Positions 1 through 9,758 of a DNA stretch of 59,676 nt are shown one piece after another (the first letter of the stretch is position 1; each line of letters starts with the position of its first letter). The DNA lies in the NCBI GenBank assembly GCA_947628165.1, contig CANQYV010000003.1, forward strand, positions 1 to 59,676, read 5' to 3'. The translations under genes and the position numbers were made by a program. The notes beneath the pieces are model-generated. The model had not been told where the DNA came from and made no database searches. It saw only the letters and a program-made list of their open reading frames with translations. The stretch comes from an uncultured Clostridia bacterium (GTDB lineage: Bacteria; Bacillota; Clostridia; Oscillospirales; CAG-272).

Positions 1-53
1 CGGCGTGCGGAGTTCCGCCCTGACGGGCCCTTATTCGGAAATATTCCTGATGA

Positions 54-1097
54 ATACGGGAAACAGCGGAGGGAGAATTCGTTTTTGCTGCGGTCGGCCT
101 TGAGCACGGACACATACACGGTATGTGCCGCGGTCTATGCGAGGCGGGCGCGACACTGCGCTGGGTCTACGACCCCGATCCCGCCAAGGTTGCGGACTTC
201 ATCCGCCGCCACCCCGGGGTAAAGGCGGCAAGGTGCGAGGACGAAATACTCTCCGACCGTGAGGTGCGCCTAGTCGCGGGCGCTGCCGTGACTTCGGAGC
301 GGTGCGCGCTCGGGCTGCGCGTGATGGACGCGGGCAAGGATTATTTTACCGACAAGGCGCCGATGACAACATTTGCCCAGCTCGAGGCGGCGGAGAAAAA
401 GGTCGCCGAGACGGGGCGGAAATACGCGGTTTATTTCAGTGAGCGCATCCATTCCGAGGCAGCGGTGTACGCAGGATACCTCGTCCGCGAGGGAGTTATC
501 GGGCGCGTTGTTCAGGTGCTCGGGCTCGGTCCGCACAGGCTCGGCGCAGAGTCACGTCCGGACTGGTTTTTCAAAAAGGAAAAGTACGGCGGCATCCTCT
601 GCGACATCGGCAGCCATCAGATCGAGCAGTTCCTTTACTACGCAAACGAGACGGACGCGCGCGTCGCAAGAGCTCAGGTAGGCAATTTCGCGCACCCGGA
701 ATATCCCGAGTTCGAGGATTTCGGTGACGCCGTGATCGTCGGCGGCAGCGGCTCGACGCAGTATTTCCGCGTCGATTGGTTCACGCCGGACGGCCTCCGC
801 ACATGGGGCGACGGAAGGACCCTCATCCTCGGCACGGACGGATACATCGAGCTACGCAAATTTATAAACATAGGCACTGACGACGGCGGAGATCAGGTTT
901 TCTTGGTCGACGGCAAAGGTGAACACCGCTTTGACGTGCGCGGGAAGGTCGGCTTCCCCTTCTTCGGCGAGCTCATACTCGACTGCCTTGAGCGAACGGA
1001 GCGCGCGATGACGCAGAAGCACGCATTTTTGGCGGCGCGCCTCGCGCTGACGGCGGAGGACATGGCCGAAACGCTTACGGGTGCGGAGAAAAAATAG
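54..1097 (+). CDS. Gfo/Idh/MocA family NAD(P)-dependent oxidoreductase (5' end unresolved)
   Basis: ORF 123-1097; the frame is open back to 54 and encodes GEFVFAAVGLEHGHIHG (Rossmann-like) upstream of ATG123; DYFTDKAP and GGILCDIGSHQ motifs are typical of the family. Confidence 0.85.
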   Translation: MRETAEGEFVFAAVGLEHGHIHGMCRGLCEAGATLRWVYDPDPAKVADFIRRHPGVKAARCEDEILSDREVRLVAGAAVTSERCALGLRVMDAGKDYFTDKAPMTTFAQLEAAEKKVAETGRKYAVYFSERIHSEAAVYAGYLVREGVIGRVVQVLGLGPHRLGAESRPDWFFKKEKYGGILCDIGSHQIEQFLYYANETDARVARAQVGNFAHPEYPEFEDFGDAVIVGGSGSTQYFRVDWFTPDGLRTWGDGRTLILGTDGYIELRKFINIGTDDGGDQVFLVDGKGEHRFDVRGKVGFPFFGELILDCLERTERAMTQKHAFLAARLALTAEDMAETLTGAEKK

Positions 1098-1133
1098 CGC
1101 CCGGTCCTTGCCGATCTTTTCACAGTATGCAGC

Positions 1134-1165
1134 AAAAAAGAGACGCCGTGAAGCGTCTCTTTTTG
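1134..1165. terminator. Bidirectional rho-independent terminator
   Basis: AAAAAGAGACGC-cgtgaa-GCGTCTCTTTTT between convergent genes. Confidence 0.85.
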
Positions 1166-1180
1166 ATTCTGAGATATGCT

Positions 1181-1711
1181 TTACTCTCCTGCCGTCGTGC
1201 CCGTGAGCGTGAAGACCAGCGTGTCACCGTCCTGGACATAGTTGGAGCCGGCGCGTCCGCCTTCGGGCGCCTTGCCGTTGATGGTGTATGACCAGTAGAA
1301 CGTGATGTTCTCGTCATAGCCTTCAACAGGCGTCCCGGAAGAAGCGACGTAGCTCTCTCCGGCGTATGTCTTTATCGCCTGCACGGAAGACTCGGTACTG
1401 TCGGTCGTAAGGCCGATATCGTGGTTGGCGCAGACCTCGCTCAGCGCACGGAGCGCGGAGATCTGTTCATCGTCGTCGTAGATTATCTCGACCTCCTGAG
1501 TGTCAAGCATCGTGCGGTCAGCCTGAGGGATGATGAAGTCACTGTCGCCCTTTGCGGTCGCCTCTGCATATTTGAAATTCACATAGTCGTCGCCAAGCTT
1601 GACGGTGACCTTGACGGTCATCTTGTTTCCTCCGGCGCAGCCGACCATCATCATCGCGAGCATGGCAAATGCCATCGCCGCAGCGATAATCTTGATGATA
1701 GCTTTCTTCAT
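1181..1711 (-). CDS. Lipoprotein with C-terminal DUF4430/transcobalamin-like domain
   Basis: Signal peptide with lipobox MVGC; C-terminal YWSYTINGK...AGSNYVQDGDTLVF resembles DUF4430. Confidence 0.65.
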   Translation of the reverse strand: MKKAIIKIIAAAMAFAMLAMMMVGCAGGNKMTVKVTVKLGDDYVNFKYAEATAKGDSDFIIPQADRTMLDTQEVEIIYDDDEQISALRALSEVCANHDIGLTTDSTESSVQAIKTYAGESYVASSGTPVEGYDENITFYWSYTINGKAPEGGRAGSNYVQDGDTLVFTLTGTTAGE

Positions 1712-1758
1712 TTGAAAAATCCTCCGAAAAAAATTTTGTGAAATTTGTTCCTGTTCTA

Positions 1759-1787
1759 AGTATAGTATAAAATAACCGCCATGTCAA
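1759..1787 (-). promoter_or_regulatory. Sigma-A promoter for the DUF4430 lipoprotein gene
   Basis: TTGACA-17 nt-TATACT on the minus strand, about 48 nt upstream of the ATG. Confidence 0.75.
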
Positions 1788-1910
1788 TAATTTTTTTATT
1801 GGGATGAGCGATTTTGCACAAAAAAATTTATTCGCGTGCGGTCGCTTGCCTCAGTATCCGGTATGACTTATCGCCTGCAGCACGCGAAAACCGGAGCCGG
1901 AAAGAGGTCG

Positions 1911-1937
1911 GGACGCCCGCTTTATATGCGGGCGTCC
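1911..1937. terminator. Hairpin just downstream of the PBP1A stop (possible terminator)
   Basis: GGACGCCCGC-tttatat-GCGGGCGTCC; weak U-tract in the gene's direction. Confidence 0.45.
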
Positions 1938-1941
1938 GTTT

Positions 1942-4818
1942 CTACGGCGACTCTCCGTTATTCTGTGTCACGCCTGAACCCTGACCGCCCGTCAGTGTGT
2001 TGGCGTCATGCTCCGTATCCGGCGGTTTTTCCGTATCGGGCTTTTTTTCCGTATCCTTATCCGAAGGCTTCGCTGTCGTATCCGGCGGTTTCGCTGTCGT
2101 ATCCGGCGGCTCCGCCGTCGTTTCCGGCGACTTTGTCGTATCGGGCGGAGTCGTTGTCTCCGGCGGCTTTGTCGTATCGGGCGGTGCCGTAGTCTCAGGC
2201 GGCGCCGTGGTGTCACCGACAAAGTGGGAAGTGTCTATGCCCGTTGACCTGTCATAATCGTAGTGCTGGTAACAGAAATGATTGAACGGAGTCGTTACCT
2301 TCGACGTTCCGCAGTATTCTCCCGCCCCGAGCATATTAGCAAAGAACGGCTCTCCGTACCACCCGGCGGGACTTATGTTCGCCGGAAGCGTCCTATACAC
2401 ATACTGCGCGTCCGTCACCTTGACCTGCTTCGGGAAGCTGCGCCCCTCCACCTTTATAAGCGCGTACTGGACGATATCGTCGCGGCTGCAATACTGGCTT
2501 GCGACGCCGCCCGTTGATTTGTCATAGTTCACGAGCACATGGACGTCGCACGTCTCGGTCGGGACCGTCGACATCGTGAAATATCCCGTCTGTGCACGGC
2601 TGCCGCGCGGGTCCTTCGAGCAGGCGTCTGTCATGAGTTTGCCGGAATCCTTGCAGTACGTCACCTTTACAAGTCCCGGCGCGTCCGTAAACGTCTTAAG
2701 CTCCGCTTCCCCTGCCTTGGCCTTTTCTATTATCTCCGAATGGATCTCCGTCATAACGGAGTCCCAAAGTGTCATCGCGGGATTCACCTTATAGCCCGAG
2801 AGCGTCTGGTTGAGGTCATAACCGAACCACACGCCGCAGAGATAGTAAGGCGTGTAACCGACGAACCAACGGTCGTAATCCGCGCTGGTCGTACCCGTTT
2901 TGCCGGCGCAGTTCACGGATTTTTTGAGCTTGATGTTCTTTGCCGTACCGGAATCGACGACCGCCTGCATGAGCTTTGTCATAATAGACGCGGTCTGGTC
3001 GCTGATGACGACCTCGCCCGGCTTTTCGGTCGAGAGTATCACCTCTCCGTCCTTGTCAGTGACGTTTATATACGTCCGTGAATAATTATAGACACCGTGA
3101 TTGGCGAATATCTGGTACGCTGTCGTCAGCTCACGGACTGTAATGCCCAATGTGAACTGACCGAGCGCGAGCGGCGCTATCGCCTTATCCGATTTGATCT
3201 CGCCCGACGGCGTCACATACCGCTCGACGGCGTTCTCAATATGGCATTTGTTCCTTACAAAATCAAATGATGCGTCTATGCCGAGCTTTTCGAGCGTCCT
3301 TACGGAAATGACGTTCTTTGACTTTCTTAGCCCGTCGTATATCGTCGTAAGCCCGTCGTATGTGTTTGGCGAGTTCTTAGGCCATGCGGAGGCTTTTGCC
3401 GGGTCGGTATACGTTCCGAAATTGACGGGAACGTCGTCCTGGACCGTGCTCCACGTTATGATGCCCGCATCGATCGCAGGTCCGTAGACCGATATCGGCT
3501 TTATCGAGGAGCCGCTCGGCCTGCGCGACTGCGTCGCGCGGTTGAGTCCTCTCGACTCCTTCTTTTCTCCGCGCCCGCCGACAAGACCGAGAATATCCCC
3601 CGTCGTCGGGTCGATTATGACAGCCGCCGACTGCGGATGGAGCCCTGTCGCGTCCTGCGGGAAATATGAGTCGTCAAGATATATTTTTTCGAGCGTGGAC
3701 TGTATTTTTGGGTCCATGACCGTGTAGATGTTCCAGCCGCCCTTATAGACCTTAAGGCTCGCTATCTCGCGCGAGACTCCGTACTGCTCGACGTAATCGC
3801 TGATAACATCCTCGATAACGGCGTCCGTATACCATGAGGTGACGCTCGTCACGCCCGACGAGCGCGAAATATTCAGCTCAAGGTCCGAATAATAGGCATC
3901 GTCGTGCTCCTCACGCGTTATAAAGCCGAGCTCCAGCATCTTGTCGAGCACGTCGCGGCGGCGCGAGGTGTTGTTATCGGGATGGCGCAGCGGGTCGTAC
4001 TTGTACGGCGACTTCGGTATTGCCGCAATTGCGGCGCATTCGATAAGGTTGAGCTCGCTCACGTCCTTGCTGAAGTATGTGTGGGCCGCGCTCTGAACGC
4101 CCGTGCAGTTCTGCGAGAGCGAGATTGTGTTGAGATACATCGTGATGATCTCTTCTTTGCTGTGCTTGCTCTCGAGGTTGAGCGCGGAGAGTATCTCCTG
4201 CACCTTTCTCTGTATCGTAAAATCGTCGTAGTGCGTCGCGTTCTTGACGAGCTGCTGCGTTATCGTGGAGCCGCCGAACGTCGATTTCAAGTGAAGCACC
4301 TGGTTTACCGCGGCGGCGGCGGTGCGGAACCAGTCGACGCCGTTATGGCTGCGGAAGCGCTGGTCCTCTATCGCTATGAAAGCGTTTATAAGATTCTCGG
4401 GGAGCTCGTTGTAATCCGCCCAAAGGCTGTATTCCTCGCCGACAAGGACCTGATTTTCGACCTCAACGGCATTTCCTATCCTGTTGCCTCTGTCGGAATA
4501 GTCCATATAGTAGAGCTGCGAGGTCATGTCCGACTCGGTGACGATCAGAGAGTCGTCAAACGTCGGGTCGACATTGTTGTTGACGTATACTGCAAACGCC
4601 GTGACGACTATGATGCCGGTGATTGCGCAGATCAGAAGAAGCGTTATCACAATGTCGAGAAGTATGGCGAGAGCCGTGTAAACGACGTGCCCGACAATGC
4701 GGAGCGCGTCGAGAAGCTCTTCGCCGAGCTTCACGTCTCCGTAAGCGTCCTCGAGATATGAGGACAGCTTTTCGCGCGCGCGCGTCAGCCACGTTTTTAT
4801 CTTACCGTTGTTCGTCAT
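1942..4818 (-). CDS. Class A penicillin-binding protein (PBP1A-type transglycosylase/transpeptidase)
   Basis: N-terminal TM helix; GT51 motifs EDQRF, GGSTITQQLVKN, RKVQE; transpeptidase SxxK (SSIK), SxN (SKN), KTG. Confidence 0.95.
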   Translation of the reverse strand: MTNNGKIKTWLTRAREKLSSYLEDAYGDVKLGEELLDALRIVGHVVYTALAILLDIVITLLLICAITGIIVVTAFAVYVNNNVDPTFDDSLIVTESDMTSQLYYMDYSDRGNRIGNAVEVENQVLVGEEYSLWADYNELPENLINAFIAIEDQRFRSHNGVDWFRTAAAAVNQVLHLKSTFGGSTITQQLVKNATHYDDFTIQRKVQEILSALNLESKHSKEEIITMYLNTISLSQNCTGVQSAAHTYFSKDVSELNLIECAAIAAIPKSPYKYDPLRHPDNNTSRRRDVLDKMLELGFITREEHDDAYYSDLELNISRSSGVTSVTSWYTDAVIEDVISDYVEQYGVSREIASLKVYKGGWNIYTVMDPKIQSTLEKIYLDDSYFPQDATGLHPQSAAVIIDPTTGDILGLVGGRGEKKESRGLNRATQSRRPSGSSIKPISVYGPAIDAGIITWSTVQDDVPVNFGTYTDPAKASAWPKNSPNTYDGLTTIYDGLRKSKNVISVRTLEKLGIDASFDFVRNKCHIENAVERYVTPSGEIKSDKAIAPLALGQFTLGITVRELTTAYQIFANHGVYNYSRTYINVTDKDGEVILSTEKPGEVVISDQTASIMTKLMQAVVDSGTAKNIKLKKSVNCAGKTGTTSADYDRWFVGYTPYYLCGVWFGYDLNQTLSGYKVNPAMTLWDSVMTEIHSEIIEKAKAGEAELKTFTDAPGLVKVTYCKDSGKLMTDACSKDPRGSRAQTGYFTMSTVPTETCDVHVLVNYDKSTGGVASQYCSRDDIVQYALIKVEGRSFPKQVKVTDAQYVYRTLPANISPAGWYGEPFFANMLGAGEYCGTSKVTTPFNHFCYQHYDYDRSTGIDTSHFVGDTTAPPETTAPPDTTKPPETTTPPDTTKSPETTAEPPDTTAKPPDTTAKPSDKDTEKKPDTEKPPDTEHDANTLTGGQGSGVTQNNGESP
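2011..2212 (-). repeat. Degenerate 18/21-nt coding tandem repeats (P/T-rich tail of PBP1A)
   Basis: Encodes TTAPPE/TTAPPD/TTKPPE/TTAKPPD repeats; TTCGCTGTCGTATCCGGCGG occurs twice at a 21-nt period. Confidence 0.85.
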
Positions 4819-4968
4819 GCAGCCTCCTCAGTTTCGCGTCTTTAGCCTTCAAACATAATTCCGAGTATATTATACTCCGCTTTTATGAACAAACTGTGAA
4901 TTTCGCGGATATTTTTCTCTCCCGGGCGAAAAAATAATCAAAAAAGAAGCCAAAGGTACTTTATCGGA

Positions 4969-5307
4969 ATGAAAAAAGCATTTAAAATAACAGCTCTTGC
5001 CGCTGCCGCCGCGGCGTATGCCGCAGTTACCGCAGGACTTTTCAACATTGGCTCTGCAAATGTGGACGTTGCGCCGCAAAGCTACGGCGGCACGCTCACG
5101 GTGTTCGCCCCAAAGGACGGTGAGAGCTTCATCGTCCGCGAGACGAACGGCGTTATCGGCGTGTTTCGGCGCGGAGTCGACGAGCCGCTTTATACGCTCG
5201 ACGTGTTTGTCTTTACGCTGCCCGAGTGCGAGCAGGAGCTTCTCCGCGACGGCATAGAGTGCGACGCCGAGGGACTTCTGTATCTGCTCGACTCATACGG
5301 GAGCTGA
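4969..5307 (+). CDS. Small exported protein with BofC C-terminal-like domain
   Basis: Signal/TM N-terminus; FIVRETNGVIGVF...LDVFVFTLPECEQELLRDGI pattern resembles BofC_C proteins of Clostridia. Confidence 0.6.
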   Translation: MKKAFKITALAAAAAAYAAVTAGLFNIGSANVDVAPQSYGGTLTVFAPKDGESFIVRETNGVIGVFRRGVDEPLYTLDVFVFTLPECEQELLRDGIECDAEGLLYLLDSYGS

Positions 5308-5318
5308 TACGAGCCGTC

Positions 5319-8300
5319 TTATTTTATAACGACGTTTTCCCCGCCGAGCAGCGCCTCAAGCTCGGAGATCAGCCTTCGGCTGCCTCCGTCGGCGCCTCCC
5401 TTGCGGCACGGAAAATACTTTCCCGCCTCGGTATCGAACATCAAAACGGGCACGCCGCCGGAAAAAATATCGACGAGCGCCTCCGCGCGCCTGCACTCCT
5501 CCGAGCTCTCGGACGGGACGCGGAGATATATTTTCCTCGGCGTCTCGCGGACAGCTCCCGGAGCGGGCGCAGTGTTCTCCGGGCGGCGCTCAGTCGGCGC
5601 GCTGCTTTCGGCATGCTTTGCGCCCGACGCCGCCTCCGTCAGAACTGCCGCTTCGGACAAAAGCAGCTTCGGCGCGCGCTCGCCGTCGACCGACAGGTCT
5701 CCCGTGACGTAAAACGGCACGTCCTGCGCGAGCATCGCCTCATACCTCGGCAACAGCTTCGGGAATACGAGGACCTCTATCTCGCCCGTCTTATCCTGAA
5801 GCGTGAAGAACATCATGCGCTCTCCGCGCTTCGTGTCCTTTTTCGTGCGCCCCGTTATTATTCCCACGAAGCTCACACGCTCGCGGTCCTTATATTTGTA
5901 CCCGCCGGCATCCGCATCGTCCGGCACGCCGCCGTCGCCTTCTATGGCTTCTTCCTCATCCTCCGGCGCGTCCGCGTCGAGTCCCGTGACATCCGATATC
6001 GGTATGTGCTCGACCGCGCGGCACTCGTTTTCGTAGTCGTCAAGGATATGACCGGAGAAATACATCCCGGACACCTCCTTTTCGAGCTCAAGCAGCCTTG
6101 TTCGCGAAAATTCGGGTATATCGGGATAAACGAACTCAGCGCCCGCGTCCGCCTGAACCTCGGGACTTTCCGCCTGTGTGGAGAAGAGGTCGAGCTGACC
6201 CGAAACGCCGCGGCGCTTCTTGTCGTGCAGGTCCTCTATCATCCTCTCGTATGATGCCAAAAGGCGACTGCGCATCTCCCCGAGGCTGTCGAACGCGCCG
6301 CTTTTGATAAGCGCCTCAGCCTGTTTTTTGTTCAGGTCGTGCTCCGTCATGCGGCACGCGAAATCGTAAAACGACCGAAAAGCGCCTCCGCGTTCGCGCT
6401 CGCGCGTTATCTCGTCTATGAACTGTATCCCCACGCCCTTGAGCGCCGCGAGCCCGTACCTTATCCCGACGCCCGAGACCGTGTAGTCGGCGCGGCTCTC
6501 GTTTATGTCCGGCGGGAGCACGGGTATGCCGGACTTTGTGCATTCGGCGATATACGCCGCGGTCCTGCCGCCCGAACCGAGCACGGAGTCGAGCAGCGAG
6601 GCGAAAAATTCCTTTTTGTAGTGCCGCTTCAGATACGCCGTCTCATATGAAACGACCGCGTACGCCGCGGCGTGGCTCTTGTTGTAGCCGTAGCGCGAAA
6701 ACGATGCCATGTCCTCGAAAAGCTCGTCCGCCTCAGCCTCCGTCATGCCGTGCGAAACGGCGCCGCGGACAAAGTCTCCCCTCTCCGCCATTATGACGTC
6801 CGCCTTTTTCTTCGACATCGCGCGCCTGACGATATCGGCCCTGCCGAAGGAATATCCCGCGACGGCACGGAATATCTGCATGACCTGCTCCTGATAGACG
6901 ATGCAGCCGTATGTCTCGCGTAAAAGCTCGGTGAGCTCGGGCGTTTTGTACCTCGGCTCCGCCTCGCCGTGCCTGCTCGCGATATAGCGCGGTATGCTGT
7001 CCATCGGACCGGGTCTGTAAAGCGCTATCGCCGCGATTATGTCCCGCAGTCCCGCCGGGCGAAGCTGCATCAGCATCCGCCTCATGCCGGGGCTCTCGAG
7101 CTGGAACACTCCCATCGTGTCACCGGCGCTTATCATCGCCATCGTCTCCGCGTCGTCATCCGGAATCACGGCAATATCAAAGCCGGGCTCCCTCTCTCTA
7201 ATGCGGGCGACCGTATCCGATATGACGGTCTCGTTCCGCAGGGAGAGAAAATCGAATTTCACAAGTCCGACTGCGGCTGCGTCGTCCATATCAAACTGCG
7301 TCACGACGATGCCGCCGTTGACCGCGAGCGGCACAATATCCGAGAGCGGCTCACTCGTGATGACGACGCCGGAGGCGTGCGTCGACGCGTGCCGCGGCAT
7401 CCCCTCGATCGAAAGCGCCGTTTTGAGGAGCCGCGCCGCCGCAGGCGACGACTCGCATATCTCCGAAAGCTGCCGCGACTCCATCGCTTCCTTCAGGCTG
7501 ACCTTCGGTCCCTGCGGGATGAGCTTCGCCACACGGTCGACGTCCGCATACGGCATGCCGAGCGCGCGTCCGACGTCGCGCACGGCGGCGCGCGCTGCCA
7601 TCGTGCCGAACGTAATTATCTGCGCGACGTGACTCGGTCCGTATTTTTCCCTTACATATTCAATGACCTCGTCGCGCCTGTCATAGCTGAAATCCACGTC
7701 GAAATCGGGCAGCGTGACGCGCTCGGGGTTCAAAAACCTCTCAAACAGAAGGCCGAAGCGGATCGGGTCTATCTCAGTTATCCCGATAAGGTATGCGACA
7801 AGGCTGCCCGTCCCGCTGCCGCGTCCCGGACCGACGGGAATGCCGTGCGATTTCGCATAGCCGACGAAATCGGCGACCACAAGGTAGTATTCGCTGTACC
7901 CCATGCCGGATATGACGGACAGCTCGTGACTTATCCGCTCCCTGTAATCCGCCTCGGAGAATTCGTCGTCGAACTTTATGTGCCCGCGCCCGATCCTTGA
8001 GGCAAGCCCCTCCTCGGCGGCGTTTTTGAGATATTCATTCGGGTCCGCCCCGCCGATAAACGGATAGTGCGGCATATGGACCGTGTCGAAATCGAGCTTT
8101 ACATTGCACCTTTCCGCTATCTTTACCGTGTTCTCTATCGGCGAGCCGCCGTCGACACGTCCGAAAAGGCGCTCCATTTCCGACGTAGACTTATAATAAA
8201 ACTCGTCGGAGTCAAAGCCGAACGGACGCCCGTCCGTGATGACGCTGTTCGTGCCGATGCAGGAGAGTATCGCCTGAGTGTCCGCGTCCGAACGGCGCAG

Positions 8301-8924
8301 GTAGTGTACGTCGTTTGTCGCGACAAGCCCGATCCCCGTCTCCGCCGACAGCTTTACGAGCGCGTCGTTCACCGTGCGCTGCTCGTCCATGCCGTGATAC
8401 TGGAGCTCGAGAAAGAAATTGTCCTTTCCGAATATTTCCGCAAGCCTCAGCGCCTCTTTTTTCGCCCCGTCGAAATCTCCGACGACAATCGCTTTTGGTA
8501 TCGCGCCGGAAAGGCACGCGGACAAGGCTATCAGCCCCGACGAATTTTCGCGCAGCAGCTCATAGTCAACGCGCGGCTTTGAGTAAAATCCCTCAGTCCA
8601 TGAAAGCGAGACCAGACGCAGAAGATTTTGATACCCCGTCATATCGCGGCATAAGAGCACGAGATGCGAGTATGCGGAGGTCCTGCCGTCTCGCTCGAAG
8701 CGCGAGCCCGGGGCAACGTAGACCTCGCAGCCTATTATCGGCTTTACGCCCGCCTCTATAGAGGCACGGTAAAACTTCACGGCGCCGTACATCGCGCCGT
8801 GGTCGGTGAGGGCGACGGCATCGTGCCCCATCTCTTTCGCGAGCTTAGGTATTTCCGATATTCTGCAAGCCCCATCGAGAAGACTGTATTCGCTGTGCAG
8901 ATGCAGATGCACAAATCCCGCCAT
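5319..8924 (-). CDS. dnaE: DNA polymerase III alpha subunit
   Basis: PHP domain (HLHLHSEYSLLDG, TDHG), PGRGSG, PDFDVDF catalytic motif, KFDFL, C-terminal OB fold. Confidence 0.98.
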   Translation of the reverse strand: MAGFVHLHLHSEYSLLDGACRISEIPKLAKEMGHDAVALTDHGAMYGAVKFYRASIEAGVKPIIGCEVYVAPGSRFERDGRTSAYSHLVLLCRDMTGYQNLLRLVSLSWTEGFYSKPRVDYELLRENSSGLIALSACLSGAIPKAIVVGDFDGAKKEALRLAEIFGKDNFFLELQYHGMDEQRTVNDALVKLSAETGIGLVATNDVHYLRRSDADTQAILSCIGTNSVITDGRPFGFDSDEFYYKSTSEMERLFGRVDGGSPIENTVKIAERCNVKLDFDTVHMPHYPFIGGADPNEYLKNAAEEGLASRIGRGHIKFDDEFSEADYRERISHELSVISGMGYSEYYLVVADFVGYAKSHGIPVGPGRGSGTGSLVAYLIGITEIDPIRFGLLFERFLNPERVTLPDFDVDFSYDRRDEVIEYVREKYGPSHVAQIITFGTMAARAAVRDVGRALGMPYADVDRVAKLIPQGPKVSLKEAMESRQLSEICESSPAAARLLKTALSIEGMPRHASTHASGVVITSEPLSDIVPLAVNGGIVVTQFDMDDAAAVGLVKFDFLSLRNETVISDTVARIREREPGFDIAVIPDDDAETMAMISAGDTMGVFQLESPGMRRMLMQLRPAGLRDIIAAIALYRPGPMDSIPRYIASRHGEAEPRYKTPELTELLRETYGCIVYQEQVMQIFRAVAGYSFGRADIVRRAMSKKKADVIMAERGDFVRGAVSHGMTEAEADELFEDMASFSRYGYNKSHAAAYAVVSYETAYLKRHYKKEFFASLLDSVLGSGGRTAAYIAECTKSGIPVLPPDINESRADYTVSGVGIRYGLAALKGVGIQFIDEITRERERGGAFRSFYDFACRMTEHDLNKKQAEALIKSGAFDSLGEMRSRLLASYERMIEDLHDKKRRGVSGQLDLFSTQAESPEVQADAGAEFVYPDIPEFSRTRLLELEKEVSGMYFSGHILDDYENECRAVEHIPISDVTGLDADAPEDEEEAIEGDGGVPDDADAGGYKYKDRERVSFVGIITGRTKKDTKRGERMMFFTLQDKTGEIEVLVFPKLLPRYEAMLAQDVPFYVTGDLSVDGERAPKLLLSEAAVLTEAASGAKHAESSAPTERRPENTAPAPGAVRETPRKIYLRVPSESSEECRRAEALVDIFSGGVPVLMFDTEAGKYFPCRKGGADGGSRRLISELEALLGGENVVIK

Positions 8925-8948
8925 TTTCCGCGCCTCCTTCTTTCTTTT

Positions 8949-9758
8949 TTATTTGGGCTTTTTCTCCGCGAGCCCGTCCGCGATTGCCGTTATCCTTCTC
9001 AGCCTGTTCGCGAGCGTCGATTTTGTCACCGCCGTCGGAAAAAGGGCTGCGAGCTGCGAGAGCGAGAGCTCGGGATTTTCGAGCCTGAGCCTCGCCGTCT
9101 CGGCGAGCGTCTCGTCAAGCAGGTGTGACTTTCCCTCTTTTTCTATGAGCCTTATCGCGTCGCAGACGCGCTCTGACGCCTGTGTCGACACGGCAAGATT
9201 GTGTATGTCCGTATTCGAGCGCCTGTTTGCGAAATTCGCAACGTCAGACATGAGTGCGGCGTTCGACACATCGAAGAGCACGCGGTTAATTCCCGCTTCC
9301 GCGAAAAAGCCGCCTATGTCCTCGGCGGATTTCAGATACAGGACGGTGCTCCCGCGCCTATTCCTCATCCTGAAGCCGAAACCGAACGACGAGAGAAGCG
9401 ATAGCGCCGACGACGCCTTCTCCTCATCGGAAAACGACAGGTCGAGATTTGCCTCTCTTTTCGACGGGTCGGTGAGCGTGCCTGTGACGAGGAACATCCC
9501 CCGCAGAAGCGCCGACCGACAGCCCGGGCAGCGGAGCGCGGACATGTCCGTTATCTCCGTTTTCCTTTCGTGGGCAAGTCCCCCGCCCTCAGCCGCGAGC
9601 GCGCCGTAATACGCCCTCACATCCGCGTCTCTGATGCCGGACGCCGGCATGAACGCCTCCATCGCCCGCCGCGTGTTTTCGCGGCAGCAGGGATTTTTCG
9701 CTCGGTACGCGATCATGTCGAGCTTCAGGGACTTTGAATACGAGACCTCGCCCGTCAT
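8949..9758 (-). CDS. whiA: WhiA-family DNA-binding protein (short form)
   Basis: C..ALLRGMFLVTGTLTDPSK, NFANRRSNTDIHN and a C-terminal HTH LRLENPELSLSQLA...KSTLANRLRRI. Confidence 0.8.
   Translation of the reverse strand: MTGEVSYSKSLKLDMIAYRAKNPCCRENTRRAMEAFMPASGIRDADVRAYYGALAAEGGGLAHERKTEITDMSALRCPGCRSALLRGMFLVTGTLTDPSKREANLDLSFSDEEKASSALSLLSSFGFGFRMRNRRGSTVLYLKSAEDIGGFFAEAGINRVLFDVSNAALMSDVANFANRRSNTDIHNLAVSTQASERVCDAIRLIEKEGKSHLLDETLAETARLRLENPELSLSQLAALFPTAVTKSTLANRLRRITAIADGLAEKKPK

Noticed and set aside
5319-8924. Intein in DnaE
   Set aside because: The length is normal and there are no splice-junction or homing-endonuclease motifs; only a short acidic insertion precedes the OB fold.
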